Below are positions 28,601-38,368 of a DNA stretch of 64,000 bases, piece by piece. The stretch's first letter is position 1. Each line of letters starts with the position of its first letter. A program made the translations under genes and the position numbers. The notes under the pieces were generated by a model. The model was not told the origin of the DNA. It saw only the letters and a list, made by a program, of their open reading frames with translations, and made no database searches. This DNA is from Vicugna vicugna (lineage: Eukaryota): positions 744,001 to 808,000 of the forward strand of contig MU058636.1 of the NCBI GenBank assembly GCA_013265495.1. Reading direction: 5' to 3'.

Positions 28601-31600
28601 ATTCATTCATTTTCACGGCTGCATAGAATTTTATTTTATGAATTAATCGCAACTCATCTATTCTCCTATCAATGGACATTTTTACTGGTTCAAGCTTTTG
28701 CCATTATAAACCAAAGCACCATGAACGCTTCTATACATTGTTTCCTATTCACTATGTGCAAGAGTTTATATGTGTAAGAGAAACTATATACATATATACA
28801 CACATATATATACACATATGTCATTGTTAAACAAATATATATCTAGCAGTGTTATTGCTACATAAAAGAGCATGCAAATTTTCAGTTACATTAGGTAAAC
28901 TATTTATCAGTTCTGTTGTACCAGTTTATATTAATATCAGCAATGAATAAGAGCTCCTTTTGCACCATGTCCTTGTCAGCACATACTATATTCAGACTTT
29001 TAAATTTTGTAGTTGAATGACTGTGAAAAAATCCTTTTTTAACTCAAGGCCAAAAAGATAATCACAGAGTTTTATAAAAGTTTATGAATTTTTCTTTCAC
29101 ATTTAACTCTTCAATTTATGTAAAATTGATTTTTGTGTCGAGACAAATTTCATTTTTTGCCATGTCTATTCCTGTGCCAGTACTTTACTGTCTAAACTGC
29201 TAAAAATGAAAAATTATCCCTTCAGATATGGTCAGACAAGTGCCCCCAAATTATCTTTTTTACCCTTAACGGAGGCACTGGGGGTTGAACCCAGGACCTT
29301 GAACATGCCAAGCATGCGTGGAGGTAATTGACATTTTTATAATATCAGATCTTCCTATCCAAGAATATATTTTTCATATATTTATTTTCAGATGTCTTTT
29401 GATAGTTTCATTATTTTCTCCATAAAGCACTTGCATACATTTCATCAGATCTACTTCATCTTAAGTATTCTGTAAGTTTCCTTCTATTGTAAAATACGTC
29501 TCTTTATTACAGAAGAATAAAATTAGATAGTAAGTGTAACATCTTTTAGATTTGTTGAATGTCTGTAGAAATTGTAGAAGAGATGGAATTAATCTGAGAA
29601 TTTGGATAGGAGAAAATATGTCCAGGGAAATTAAAGAAAAGATAATGAAAGTATAGAATAGTAGTTGTCAAACTATGACCCAAAGGCCAAATCTGGCCCC
29701 TGCGTACTTTTATAAATAAAGTTTTACTGGGACACAGCCATAGCCATTTATTCACATACTGCCGATGACTGCTTCTGATATTACAAAGGCAGGGCTGAAT
29801 AGCTACAACAGAGATTGCATGGCCCACAAAGATGAAAATATTTACTGTGTGTCCTTTTATAGAAAATGTCTGTAGTTACTGGTCTACAATGTAGAGAAAG
29901 GGATGATGAAGTGAGAGAGGAAAAAGCCTTTGGTTTTCTTAAAAATTCTAAGTCACAACAAAAGTTCCTTAAACGCCCGCTAACGTAACTAACCTGGAAG
30001 AAATCAGGACCACGTCTGCAGGGAGGAACTGTTCGTTTGTGGCTTTCACAATGTCACCCACATTTACCTTTCAAGCCAGGAGAAAAAAACAGAAGTATGA
30101 ATTTTAAAAATCACAAAACAGAGGCAAAATGTGTCAAACATTCTCAAGGAAAAGTGTAAGATGAAAATCCTGGAACCGTCCTAGTGAATTTCATCCACAT
30201 TAGAATAATCTTACCTCCTGATGCATTCATTCCTCTAAAACCGCTGTTCTTAACCAGGGGCTATTCTGCCCGCCCCATCCACCAGGGGACACTGGGCAAT
30301 GTCTGCAGACAGTTTTGGCTGTCACGACTGTGGAGGTTTTAGGGGAATGTCCTCCATCAGGCACGGAGGGCTATCTCTCCATTTCTGTCTCCTCTGAGTC
30401 CCAGGGAGAGGAGGGAAATGCAATCACTACCAACTCTCCTGGTTTATCTCCCTCAGGGGAAGAAACACTGATGATATTTTGAAATCAATACATTCTTACA
30501 GTTAGATTTCAAAGGAATTTTACATGAGTCATCAATTAATTATTGATGAGGATGAAGTCAGAATCCAGCTCCTGTATGCCTTTAACTCACATTCCACGGG
30601 CAGATATTCACGACAACATTCCCTGAGACAGCCTCCATATAAAGGCCGTCCAGTACCCAGAGCAACAGTTTGTGAACCATCAACTTGAAACTTTCCACAC
30701 GCTGACGCGCAGGTAGCACTGAGGCACGCTGGAAGGCGTGCAGACTTCCAACCAGACAGACTGACGCTCAGACCCTACTTTTACCACTTTCTGGTCACGT
30801 AACCTTGGGCAAGACACTTATTCTCTTTGATCCTCTACCTTCTCATCTACAAAATGGGACAATATGATGGTTCCTGAAGACATATTTTACAGATAAAAAC
30901 CTGTAACTTTAAATGTGGAAGGTGCTAATTACTAAGTTAAAAGCAAAAATACATTCTTACCTCTTTCCACTGAATCACTTGCCATGCATTCTGTCTTAGC
31001 ACTGAAAAAGAAACAGCTATGTATTCACTGTAATTATTGCATTAGGTTAAGTCCAAAATAATAAAAGAGACCTCTTCCCCAGAACTACAGGTGTTTCTTT
31101 ATAAAGTACTGCCTTTGTTAATTTAAGCTTTATGTAATCTGAGAGAGTAATCGTGTTCACATGCACTACACCAACATACAGCAATGTATATCATACAATG
31201 TAACATATGATTGATATGATATAAATTTGACAGAGGCTACATTAAGTCACTGCCAATCCCAAAGACAAAACAGTTGGTATTACACACCAAAGCACCAGTG
31301 GATAGCCTGCAAAGCAACTTAAGGTGTTTCTGATTAATTACAGAGATTGCACACGTCAGAACAAGGGCTGAGAGAGATTCAGTGGCACGCAGATCTTTCT
31401 CGTGGACGTAAGAATTGCTCATACCCCAGGTATCCCATCCTTCCCCTTTTTTTTTCTTTCACTCTAGTTAACGTAATTATTGATTCCAATATACGGAAAC
31501 GGCTTCCTTCCGTTTTTCATCCTTTGTTTCAATATTTCTTTAAATAATAATATGTTACAAAACATGTTACCTGTACCTACTTGATGGATCTGGATATTTT

Positions 31601-34600
31601 CTTCGAGTGAAGGCGTGGGGGAGGGGTAGAGGCTCGAGCTCACCACTTACCTATTGTGCTCTTTGAGTTAACTAATCTGTCTGCCAGATGTCGTTTCTGT
31701 TACAGAAAAAAGATCCATTAGATCAGAAGTTTAGAATGAATAATTCGAATCACAATACTAGTCACAGCAGGTTGAAGAAAGAATAGCAGCAGCAGGCCTA
31801 ACAAACAGTTCCCTCAACTGTGGTGCGGCCTGAGGGCGGCGGCAGAGCCGCGCGGGGAGGGTGGGGCCCCGACCGGCTTCCCGGCGGGCAGCCCGGCTCT
31901 TCCCCTCGCTCACGCGGCCACGGCAGGTCGCCAGCTCGTCTGTGCCTCCATCTAAACGCGCGCACCACGCGTGCACACATACACGCAGCACAGTGCCTGC
32001 TGCGTAGTAAACTGCTACTTGAAATGCTGACATTTTATACGTTGCTTGTAATGACTACTTTTGGTTAAACACATAATCAGCAATTCTGAATGTTGATCCA
32101 ACTTAACCAAAGGCTTTTAAGTTTGAAGAATTCTTCCCTATTACAAATGATTCAAAGGCCAGCAACCAGGTAGCTATTTCGGATGCCATAACAAGATGGT
32201 AGGGATCAGGCAGAAGCACACGAGCGACCACAGCCGGTGATGCTGGAAAATGAGCACGGGGACGGCGAGGGAGGAGGGGCTCTGCCAGAGTGACCCCAGC
32301 TGTCGCGGGTAGGGTCCGAGCAGAAGAAAACACTGTGAACCCTCTCTCTCTTGTTTCATTTCTCCACTGAAATCGGCAGGCCCGTGTGAAATCACACCCC
32401 TGACAAGGTTACAGGCGAAATGAAATAACAGCACAATTTGTTTCAGCCGTTTCGGGTTTTCTCTGGTTGGATTATCTCCCCAAAGACCCTACCATAGTTC
32501 TTAGGACAGCTATTAACTCCTGCTGGTCTCTCAAATACACATATGTATCAAATCTAAAATTTGAAACCTCAAAGCTTTAGTTCACATCAACTACAGATGT
32601 TAAAAATCATACAGTTCCAACCAACAGCCAGAAAAAAGAGGACGAAAAAAGCCTGAAAAAAAGGAAGTCTTATACTCGAGGCACTAGTTTTGAGAGCATT
32701 TACTACAGTAAACTTACATGATCTTCTACAACCTCTTTGATGCCTGAAATTGTAAGAATAACCAGCAAAGGCAACAGAGTTGTATATTTTCCTGTCGGGG
32801 ACACATCTGGAATTTGCTGCAAAACAGAGTTACACTATTAATTTTATAAGTCCTTGTTGAACTCTGCGTACACTGAGAGCTACACTAGTAGTGGCTTGGC
32901 CCAGGACCTGACAACAATAGACACGTTAAATATTCAGCATATCAAACCATCCCTGGAGTATGACCCTGAATATCACATCATAGATGAGTCCTCAGTGCAT
33001 CTGCTTAGTAACACTTCACTCCTTACGTCACCTTTCTAATAGACACTTCATTATGTTTCGGTGGGAGCAGCTCAAAACCTAAATGTTTAAAATAGCATCT
33101 TTTCAAAATAGTTCAATCCAAAACCAAAAGGTCAGCTATCTTAACCAAATCTTACTTCTTTTTGAGGAAGAGGAGAAAGTTTTTGGAGACACAGGGGAAT
33201 AATGTTTCCTGGGTACAGATCACTCCAGGAGAGTGCTCCAGGGCGACCCCCACTGTTTAAAATACGAGGAAGTAAGTGATTGAAACTGAAGCTGTGGTCG
33301 TTTTCCGATGGGTGCAAGGGCAGTGAGGCTTTGGAGCTGACCCTCTGGTTTCTAGATTTAGACAAGTTCTTAGGCCAATGTTTCCAGACTTGGGCCAGTG
33401 TGCACTCCCTGTGCTGCCTTATTATTTTTCGCTTGCTTATTATTTCTTTGCATGATGAGATACACACACACACACACACACATACACACACACATATAAT
33501 TAAGCCTTTAAAAAAAGGAAATTCTGTCTTCTGTGACATGGATAAACCTTGAGGACATTCTGCCAAATGAAATAAGCCAGTCACAGAAGAACAATACTGT
33601 GTGGCTGCACTTGTATGAGGCACCAAAAATAGTTAAACTCATAGGAACAGAGAGGAGAATGGGGGCACCAGGACTGGGGAGATGTCCTCAGAGCTGTCAC
33701 TCAGTGAGTACAAAGTTTCAGGTAAGCAAGGTGAATCCGTTCTAGATTCTCTTGCATACAAAGAGCCTGTACGTAACCGTGCTTTATTGGATACCCAAAC
33801 TTTTGTTAAGGGGGTAGACCTCATGTTAAGTGTTCTTACCACACTTTTTTTAAAAAAGGAAAACACTATTTTAAACAAACATTTGGATTTTTAAAATTAT
33901 TCCCTTCAACATAGAAAACAAACTATGGTTACCAAAGAAGAAATGAGGAGCAGGGATAAATTAAGAGTTTGGGATTAACAGATGCACATTACTATGCATA
34001 AAATAGATAAACAACAAGGACCTACTGTATATATAGCTCCGGGGACTGTATTCAATTTCTTTTTTTTTAAACTTTTTTATTGAATTATAGTCATTTTACA
34101 GTGTTGTATCAATTTCTTGTAATAAGCTATGATGGAAAAGAATCTGAAAAGATATGTATACGTAAGTATAACTGAATCACTTTGCTGTACACCTGAAACT
34201 AACATTGCTAATCAACCATACTTCAATAAAAGATAAAATTTTAAAATTAAAATTAAAAAAATTTAAATAAAATAATTCCTTTCAAAATACAGTAAAATTA
34301 CCCTATTGTGAAGGTGGCACAAATGACAAAAGTCACTCCAATTATATCTCATTAATGATCTAAATCAGGTTGTACTGTGGACCAATTAATTCATCTATTG
34401 TGCACCAACGTGTCTTTCAGCCCAGAAGTGGAGTTTCAGCGTCTCACTGAATAACTTAAATATTGTAAGACAAGAACTTTAAATTTATTCTCTACATAAA
34501 ACTCTCATTTCAGCTAAGTGAGCTTTTTATACCTTTTCACTTCTTAAAAATCTTAATCTAATAGCACGTTCAGAGACACTACCTGCAATATAGTAATGAA

Positions 34601-34964
34601 TAGGAAGAAAGCGTTGGCAGCTTTGCTAAACTGCAGATACAAGTACAGGGGGAGGAACGACCACATGCTGTACTTGGCCGTGCTGCGGGAGAAAAGAAAG
34701 ACAGCATTTCAGTTAACGCGCTGAACTCGGAAAACGCTGATGGAAAACACAGAACATTAGTTCTAACTCAGAAGTGGACAAAACTTTGTTTGAAAGCACT
34801 GACCCGCTTCTGAAGCTATTTTGTCTTTTTTCACAGCATTCATTGTTATCTGAAAACAAACCCAGGATAAAAGAAGAATTCTCCCCATTTCAAGAAGCAC
34901 TATGACTATGTACGCAGACATTGGAAAGAAGGGAGCAGCACTCTCTCTAAGCACAAGGAAAGGA

Positions 34965-35012
<48 letters not shown>

Positions 35013-36393
35013 GATTTTTATGAAAATTTTAGCTTCTATAAATCCCCCAATATAAAAAACTGACTTCTTCAAATACTTTTGTAAGGTCTTTTGAAGTATG
35101 GTTGGTAAAAACAATGGGTTCCGGGTACCTAATACTTTCTTCTTTTCATAAACTGCTTATATTCTTTATTGTATCTGGATTTGCTGGGTATCATGCACGT
35201 TATTTTACCAAACTTTGGGAGCTTTGAGATGGGAAATTCAGTATTTCTGCTTTTAATTCATCCACATCAAATATGAAGAATTCCCAGGCAGGATGTTTTT
35301 GAAAGACTCATGGATTAAATGGAATTAATAATTAACAACCCAAAACAGCTCTTAAAATTCATCACACTAAATAAATTTTAAAAATAGAGATACATAACAT
35401 AAATCCATAAATATTAAACCCAGAGCCAAATTTAAGAGAGGTTGCGTTTTCTCATGTCCCTTTTAAAAAACAGATGTTTTATTGTCCTCTCATTTAGAAC
35501 GTAGCCCTCGGAAGACCCAGTTTTATGGCGGTGAGGCTGCAGTTCTGGTTTCCACCAGGTGTGGGCCTTAGGCTTGGGTTCTCTCCTCCACCTGAGCATT
35601 AGAACTGAAGCCCTGGGTCACCAGAACTGGGCAGATGTCCTCAGAGCAACCCTCCACTTCAGTGTCCCCAGCCTCTTTGGATTCCTGCTTTGCCTTCATT
35701 TTTGGTCTCAGAGATATCTTTTTTTCCTTGCATGTCAATGATGCACAGTTTTAAGCTATTTGATTAGCTAATCATGAAAATGCTTAGTGATTCCTGAGCT
35801 GGTATATCCAACCCCTGGCCTTAGTGCCTGGTTTAAAAAAAAAAAAAGTGTATCTATGAATATATATATGAAAAACTGATCCCTTTCAAGCTTTCATCTA
35901 ACTTTGCCTCTGCAGTAAGTACTCAACTCAGCCAATTCCTCAAGAAATAGAAGTCTTACTAGCCTAACGCTCAGTTCCTCGATACCTGGAAAAGATGTCC
36001 CTCCTACGCGCAGGTCTGCTAGAGAGCTCTCTGCTGCGGCCTGTGAGCCAGGGCACGTGACACAGAGCAGCAGTCACAGAGAGCGACCTTGAAGGTGAGG
36101 TGAAGAAAAGTCCTGCTCTCTGTGGTGAGTTCCTCAAGGTTCACGAAAACTATTACAGCCTGACACATCCACACAAGGTGTTGGTTTTTGTGGGGAGGAA
36201 GGCCACACCTTCCCCCCACCCCTTCCCTCCAGCTACACACTCTTCTCACCTGATGGAGTTTTTGCAGAAAGTGTTCTTAAGGGGTTCGTTGAGGTAAATG
36301 GTGCGGGCTTTAGACATATCTGTTCTTTGCAGAGACTGTCGCCAGCCCATCATTTCCTCCACCTCTGACGGCTCACAGAGAAACGAGCAGGGC
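1513..36393 (-). CDS. Multi-exon gene (partial, 3' part beyond the left edge): P4-ATPase phospholipid flippase, ATP8A2-like paralog (phospholipid-transporting ATPase IB-like)
   Basis: 21 exons assembled by hand, all with AG/GT boundaries and compatible phases. 1887 nt (629 codons) from ATG 36353 to 1513 with no stop. Motifs: [79 protein letters not shown]. Confidence 0.93.
2775..3045 (+). mobile_element. L1 3'-end fragment with A-tail
   Basis: cttatggttaccaggg...gggataaatt...tgtacaccagaaattgacacac...acttcaattaaaaaaa; the same sequence recurs at 40890, 45970 and 47243. Confidence 0.8.
3088..3172 (-). CDS. ATP8A2-like exon ([28 protein letters not shown])
   Basis: 85 nt, CCCCATAG| ... G|GTAAA. 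Confidence 0.94.
3270..8100 (+). mobile_element. Old degenerate L1 (end of ORF1, ORF2, 3'UTR)
   Basis: A-rich strand with decayed endonuclease/RT segments (aataatactcggggatttcaat, ccagatggttttctggtgaattc, gttcacagataacatgacc, aaatacttaggaataaatct); many stops. Confidence 0.85.
7200..7491 (+). mobile_element. Solo LTR (MER21-like) nested in the L1
   Basis: TG...CA termini, AATAAA at about 7393, approximate 5-bp TSD gatgg/gatag; the L1 continues on both sides. Confidence 0.7.
8116..8220 (+). mobile_element. Short 5'-truncated L1 tail with 15-bp TSD
   Basis: tttaaagtacatatg at 8101-8115 and 8221-8235 flanking ataactgaatcactttgctgt...cttcaataaaa. Confidence 0.8.
8659..8728 (-). CDS. ATP8A2-like exon ([24 protein letters not shown] domain)
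   Basis: 70 nt, RKRMS and KGA nucleotide-binding motifs. Confidence 0.95.
11454..11846 (+). mobile_element. ERV1-type solo LTR
   Basis: tgttaaa...ttgaca termini, AGTAAA signal, approximate 4-bp TSD catt/catc. Confidence 0.65.
12211..12260 (-). CDS. ATP8A2-like exon ([17 protein letters not shown])
   Basis: 50 nt, CCTGTAG| ... AG|GTAAG. Confidence 0.93.
13410..13515 (-). mobile_element. tRNA-Ala-derived SINE (camelid Vic-1 type)
   Basis: Reverse complement gives A box (AGCTCAGTGGTAGAG), B box (GGTTCAATCCC) and an (AAAT)n tail. Confidence 0.8.
13609..13691 (-). CDS. ATP8A2-like exon ([28 protein letters not shown])
   Basis: 83 nt, GGCAG| ... GCT|GTGAGT. Confidence 0.95.
14244..14349 (-). 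CDS. ATP8A2-like exon ([35 protein letters not shown])
   Basis: 106 nt, CHTV and YQASSP motifs. Confidence 0.95.
14797..14872 (-). CDS. ATP8A2-like exon ([25 protein letters not shown])
   Basis: 76 nt, TTCCTCAG| ... CAC|GTAAGT; F.DP.LL motif. Confidence 0.9.
15316..15357 (-). CDS. ATP8A2-like short symmetric exon ([13 protein letters not shown])
   Basis: 42 nt, long pyrimidine tract TTTCTCATTTTCCCTTAG| ... AG|GTAAC, phase 2/2, open frame; same position as the ~45-nt exon of ATP8A1/2. Confidence 0.7.
15629..15717 (-). CDS. ATP8A2-like exon ([30 protein letters not shown]; phosphorylation-site Asp)
   Basis: 89 nt, invariant DKTGT P-type ATPase motif. Confidence 0.96.
16916..16993 (-). CDS. 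ATP8A2-like exon ([26 protein letters not shown])
   Basis: 78 nt, TTCCTGCAG| ... CAG|GTGAG. Confidence 0.95.
17984..18111 (-). CDS. ATP8A2-like exon ([44 protein letters not shown]4, PISL)
   Basis: 128 nt, TTCCACAG| ... TGG|GTGAG. Confidence 0.95.
20035..20250. mobile_element. MER58A-like hAT-Charlie DNA transposon inside an L2-like region (about 19550-20950)
   Basis: gtaagtatttcaggctttgcag...ctactcagctctgc...gctccagtaaagcttcattcacaaa. Confidence 0.6.
21952..22117 (-). CDS. ATP8A2-like exon ([41 protein letters not shown]...WYIMKK; TM3)
   Basis: 166 nt, GTGCAG| ... G|GTAAGC. Confidence 0.94.
22545..23580 (+). mobile_element. L1 3' portion (ORF2 C-terminus and 3'UTR, L1MA-like)
   Basis: aaatgggcagaagacctaaataga, aaatgcaaatcaaaaccac, ggtgcagccactatgg, gaatggataaagaagatgtg. 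Confidence 0.85.
23746..23857 (-). CDS. ATP8A2-like exon ([37 protein letters not shown])
   Basis: 112 nt, LLRGTQL and GIVVYTG motifs. Confidence 0.95.
24192..24319 (-). CDS. ATP8A2-like exon ([42 protein letters not shown])
   Basis: 128 nt, TTTGTAG| ... AG|GTATC; IECEGPN motif. Confidence 0.93.
24680..24835. mobile_element. MER5A-like DNA transposon
   Basis: ttcagtaggtctggggtggggc...aatttgcatttttaaca...actttgagaaccact. Confidence 0.7.
25372..25516 (+). mobile_element. tRNA-Ala-derived SINE (Vic-1 type) with TSD
   Basis: tagctcaagtggtagagcgc...ggttcaaggccc, (aaat)n tail, TSD aagagtgatatact at 25358 and 25517. Confidence 0.85.
26010..26500 (-). mobile_element. L1 3' fragment, antisense
   Basis: ccacatcctcaccagcatttg, agcttatttgccatt, tttgcaaatattt. 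Confidence 0.7.
27474..27543 (-). CDS. ATP8A2-like exon ([27 protein letters not shown] phosphatase motif)
   Basis: 70 nt, TTCCTTAG| ... CAG|GTAAG, P4-specific DGET. Confidence 0.95.
29660..29885. mobile_element. MER58A-like DNA transposon
   Basis: caaactatgacccaaaggccaaatctggccc...taaataaagttttactgggacacagcca...gcatggcccacaaag. Confidence 0.75.
29994..30067 (-). CDS. ATP8A2-like exon ([26 protein letters not shown] domain)
   Basis: 74 nt, VGDIV and PAD motifs, AG|GTTAG donor. Confidence 0.93.
30240..30350. mobile_element. MER20-like DNA transposon fragment
   Basis: gttcttaaccagggg...caggggacactgggcaatgtctgcagacagttttggctgtcac. Confidence 0.65.
30961..31001 (-). CDS. ATP8A2-like exon ([14 protein letters not shown])
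   Basis: 41 nt, TTTTTCAG| ... GAG|GTAAG. Confidence 0.92.
31651..31696 (-). CDS. ATP8A2-like exon ([15 protein letters not shown])
   Basis: 46 nt, TAACAG| ... G|GTAAGT. Confidence 0.92.
32718..32816 (-). CDS. ATP8A2-like exon ([35 protein letters not shown]2)
   Basis: 99 nt, TTTTGCAG| ... CAT|GTAAGT. Confidence 0.95.
33462..33494. repeat. (CA)n microsatellite
   Basis: Seen directly. Confidence 0.95.
33500..34265 (+). mobile_element. Two adjacent L1 3'-end fragments
   Basis: gacatggataaaccttgaggacatt...gtgttcttaccac, then atggttaccaaag...ataactgaatcactttgctgtacacctgaaact. Confidence 0.75.
34583..34682 (-). CDS. ATP8A2-like exon ([35 protein letters not shown]1)
   Basis: 100 nt, CCCGCAG| ... 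CAG|GTAGT, phase 2/0. Confidence 0.93.
34967..35011. repeat. (GATA)11 tetranucleotide microsatellite
   Basis: Seen directly. Confidence 0.95.
36250..36393 (-). CDS. ATP8A2-like exon 2 equivalent (coding from ATG 36353/36350: [35 protein letters not shown])
   Basis: Acceptor CTTCTTGCCACAG|GCCC and donor ATCAG|GTGAG. ARTIYLN..N.I matches the ATP8A N-terminus. The second ATG has a strong Kozak context (AxxATGG). Confidence 0.85.
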
Positions 36394-36430
36394 CTGTGGC
36401 AAGAAGGCACCGAGATGTTACACAAAATTC

Positions 36431-37032
36431 TGTCGAAGGCAGGCTCCGGGGGAGCAGCAGGTGCCTTCGAGAAAGGGAAGAAGCGGGTAGGATGAAATGG
36501 GGACCCCTCCCGGAAAGAGTCTTGGCAGAAGAGCAACAGCTCCCAGGCCAGAGAGCTGACCCCTGACCAGATGACCCTCAGCCTGACACAGCTCCAGACA
36601 GGTGTCCTCCTGCTTACAGGCCCTTTACCTCCCCGTCGTTTTTTCTAAAGTAAAGAAAACTTGTAAATTCTTACTCTACTCCCTTTGAAATATATATAAA
36701 TCTCCTCAAAGCCTCTTGCCAGCTTTAGGATCCAGTGAATCTTCCTCAAGGGCCTGGGATGTCTCTTTGAGATACAGTCACCTGGGAGCAGCGTAAACTT
36801 GCCGCTCCCTCCCTCCCCATCATGAAATGGGAGGAGCTGTGCTTTCCTCTGGGTAAAGACCTCAAACACGGAGGTCCACAACTCCCCTCCCCCACCCCCA
36901 CCTCGGCCCTTAAAAACCTCTCCAGTCCTTTATTTCCGCAAGTTGAGTTCAGTCTCCCTCCCTCCTGCAAGAGTCTTGAATAAAGTCTTCCTTGCCTGCC
37001 TAATTTTGTCCAGTGACATTTTCACTTAGACA
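36431..37032 (+). mobile_element. ERV1-type solo LTR (MER34/MER39-like), antisense to the ATPase gene
   Basis: tgtc...gaca termini, TATA-like tatatataaa at 36691, aataaagtcttccttgcc at about 36979. Confidence 0.65.
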
Positions 37033-38246
37033 TCTCCTAACCCCAAAACAAATAAGGCTTTTGACAAAAAGGCCAAAGAGAGCCTCCTCTGGTTTTGGTG
37101 AGAACTAAAGCTTGGCTCGGGGAGGGGTCTGCCCTGGGCCACCAGCACTCAGGAAGCGTCTCTGTACCAGTGCCCCTGCGCCCAAACTTCCTCCACTTGT
37201 CAGAGTCCCTTCAGTTCAGGGTTACTGCAGACGTTCAAATCCTCGAGGACAGGGATCTTCCGACATCCCTGTAGTTTAGTCCAGCTATTTCTCTTTCTGC
37301 ATTTCCCTAACAACCCACTCACGTGTGAAGGGATGAAACAAAAGAGAAGTACAAGGTGAGTGAGAGCGAAGCAGCTGCTGATGGAGGTGAACAAGCCCTG
37401 GTCGTGGCCTGACCAGAGAGAGACCCGTGCTCCTCAGGGCTACCTCGTGAAGCCTGGTGACCTGCCGCCTGAGGAAAGGTTGCCTGTGGCTGACTGTTCC
37501 CAGAGGCAAGGGCTAACCCTAAGCTGACGCCCCAGCTCACACACGAAGTGCCTTCCATCTTAGCAGGTAACTGGTCTGGGGGTGGCCCACTAAACTGAGC
37601 AACAGTAAAAAGTTAGCCACCATAGGACCTGTGCAAAGTCATGAGATCCTTTGCCCAAAATATGACAAAGTAGGAGGAACAAAAGACAAAGAGAATCCTT
37701 GTTTGTACATCAAAAGAATTAAGTTACAAGACACATGGAAAGTGCATTTCCTTTAAAAGAAATTAAACATACCCATCATGGAACAAGAGCTCAAAAAGTC
37801 ATTTTTTAAAGTGATGATAAAACTTAAGGAGAATTTCTGAAGGGACCTGAAAGAGCTTACTCCTGAAATGAAAGAGAAAATACCTTAAGAAAATGAAAAG
37901 CCACACTGAAGTAAATAAAATAATAGACAGCTGAAAAGAGGAGTGTGCGGCACACTCTACAGAAAACTAAGCAAAATGAAATGAAAAAGAGCACAGAAGA
38001 TTAAGAACTGGAGAACAATTATAGATTTAGGACAAAGGATATCCAATGTATGCTTATTTGTTGTCCTTGAGGAAGAAACAAAAAATAAAACAAACAAAAA
38101 TATTTAAAGCCACGGTAGAATAAACTCTTCACTGAAGAAGACCCTTCTTTAAGGAGCACAACATGACTAAGGAAAATCTGATACAAAACAATCAACACCA
38201 AGATGCTCTGTGATTAAGTTTGTCGGACTTTAAGAGTCATGAAAAA

Positions 38247-38368
38247 GGGAGGAGGGTAGAGCTCAGTGGTAGAGCACGTGCTTAGCCTGCACGAGGTCCC
38301 GGGTTCAATCTCCAGCACCTCCATAAAACAAATAAATAAAACTTCAAATACCCACCCCCCAAAAAAAG
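38247..38368 (+). mobile_element. tRNA-Ala-derived SINE (Vic-1 type)
   Basis: agagctcagtggtagagcacgtgcttagc...ccgggttcaatctccagcacctcca followed by an A-rich tail. Confidence 0.85.

Noticed and set aside
1513..36393. Calling the gene ATP8A2 or ATP8A1 itself
   Set aside because: Too diverged from the conserved ATP8A2 sequence I recall, far too compact, and on the same strand as and adjacent to RNF6. The gene symbol is left blank.
1513..36393. Calling the ATPase a pseudogene
   Set aside because: No stop, frameshift or broken splice site in the 629 codons from the internal ATG. The only lesion lies upstream of a usable Met. The 3' part is not visible, so this stays provisional.
38247..38325. 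tRNA-Ala gene calls at 13410, 25372, 29270 and 38247
   Set aside because: Diverged copies with A-rich tails and, at 25372, a TSD: these are SINEs, not tRNA genes.
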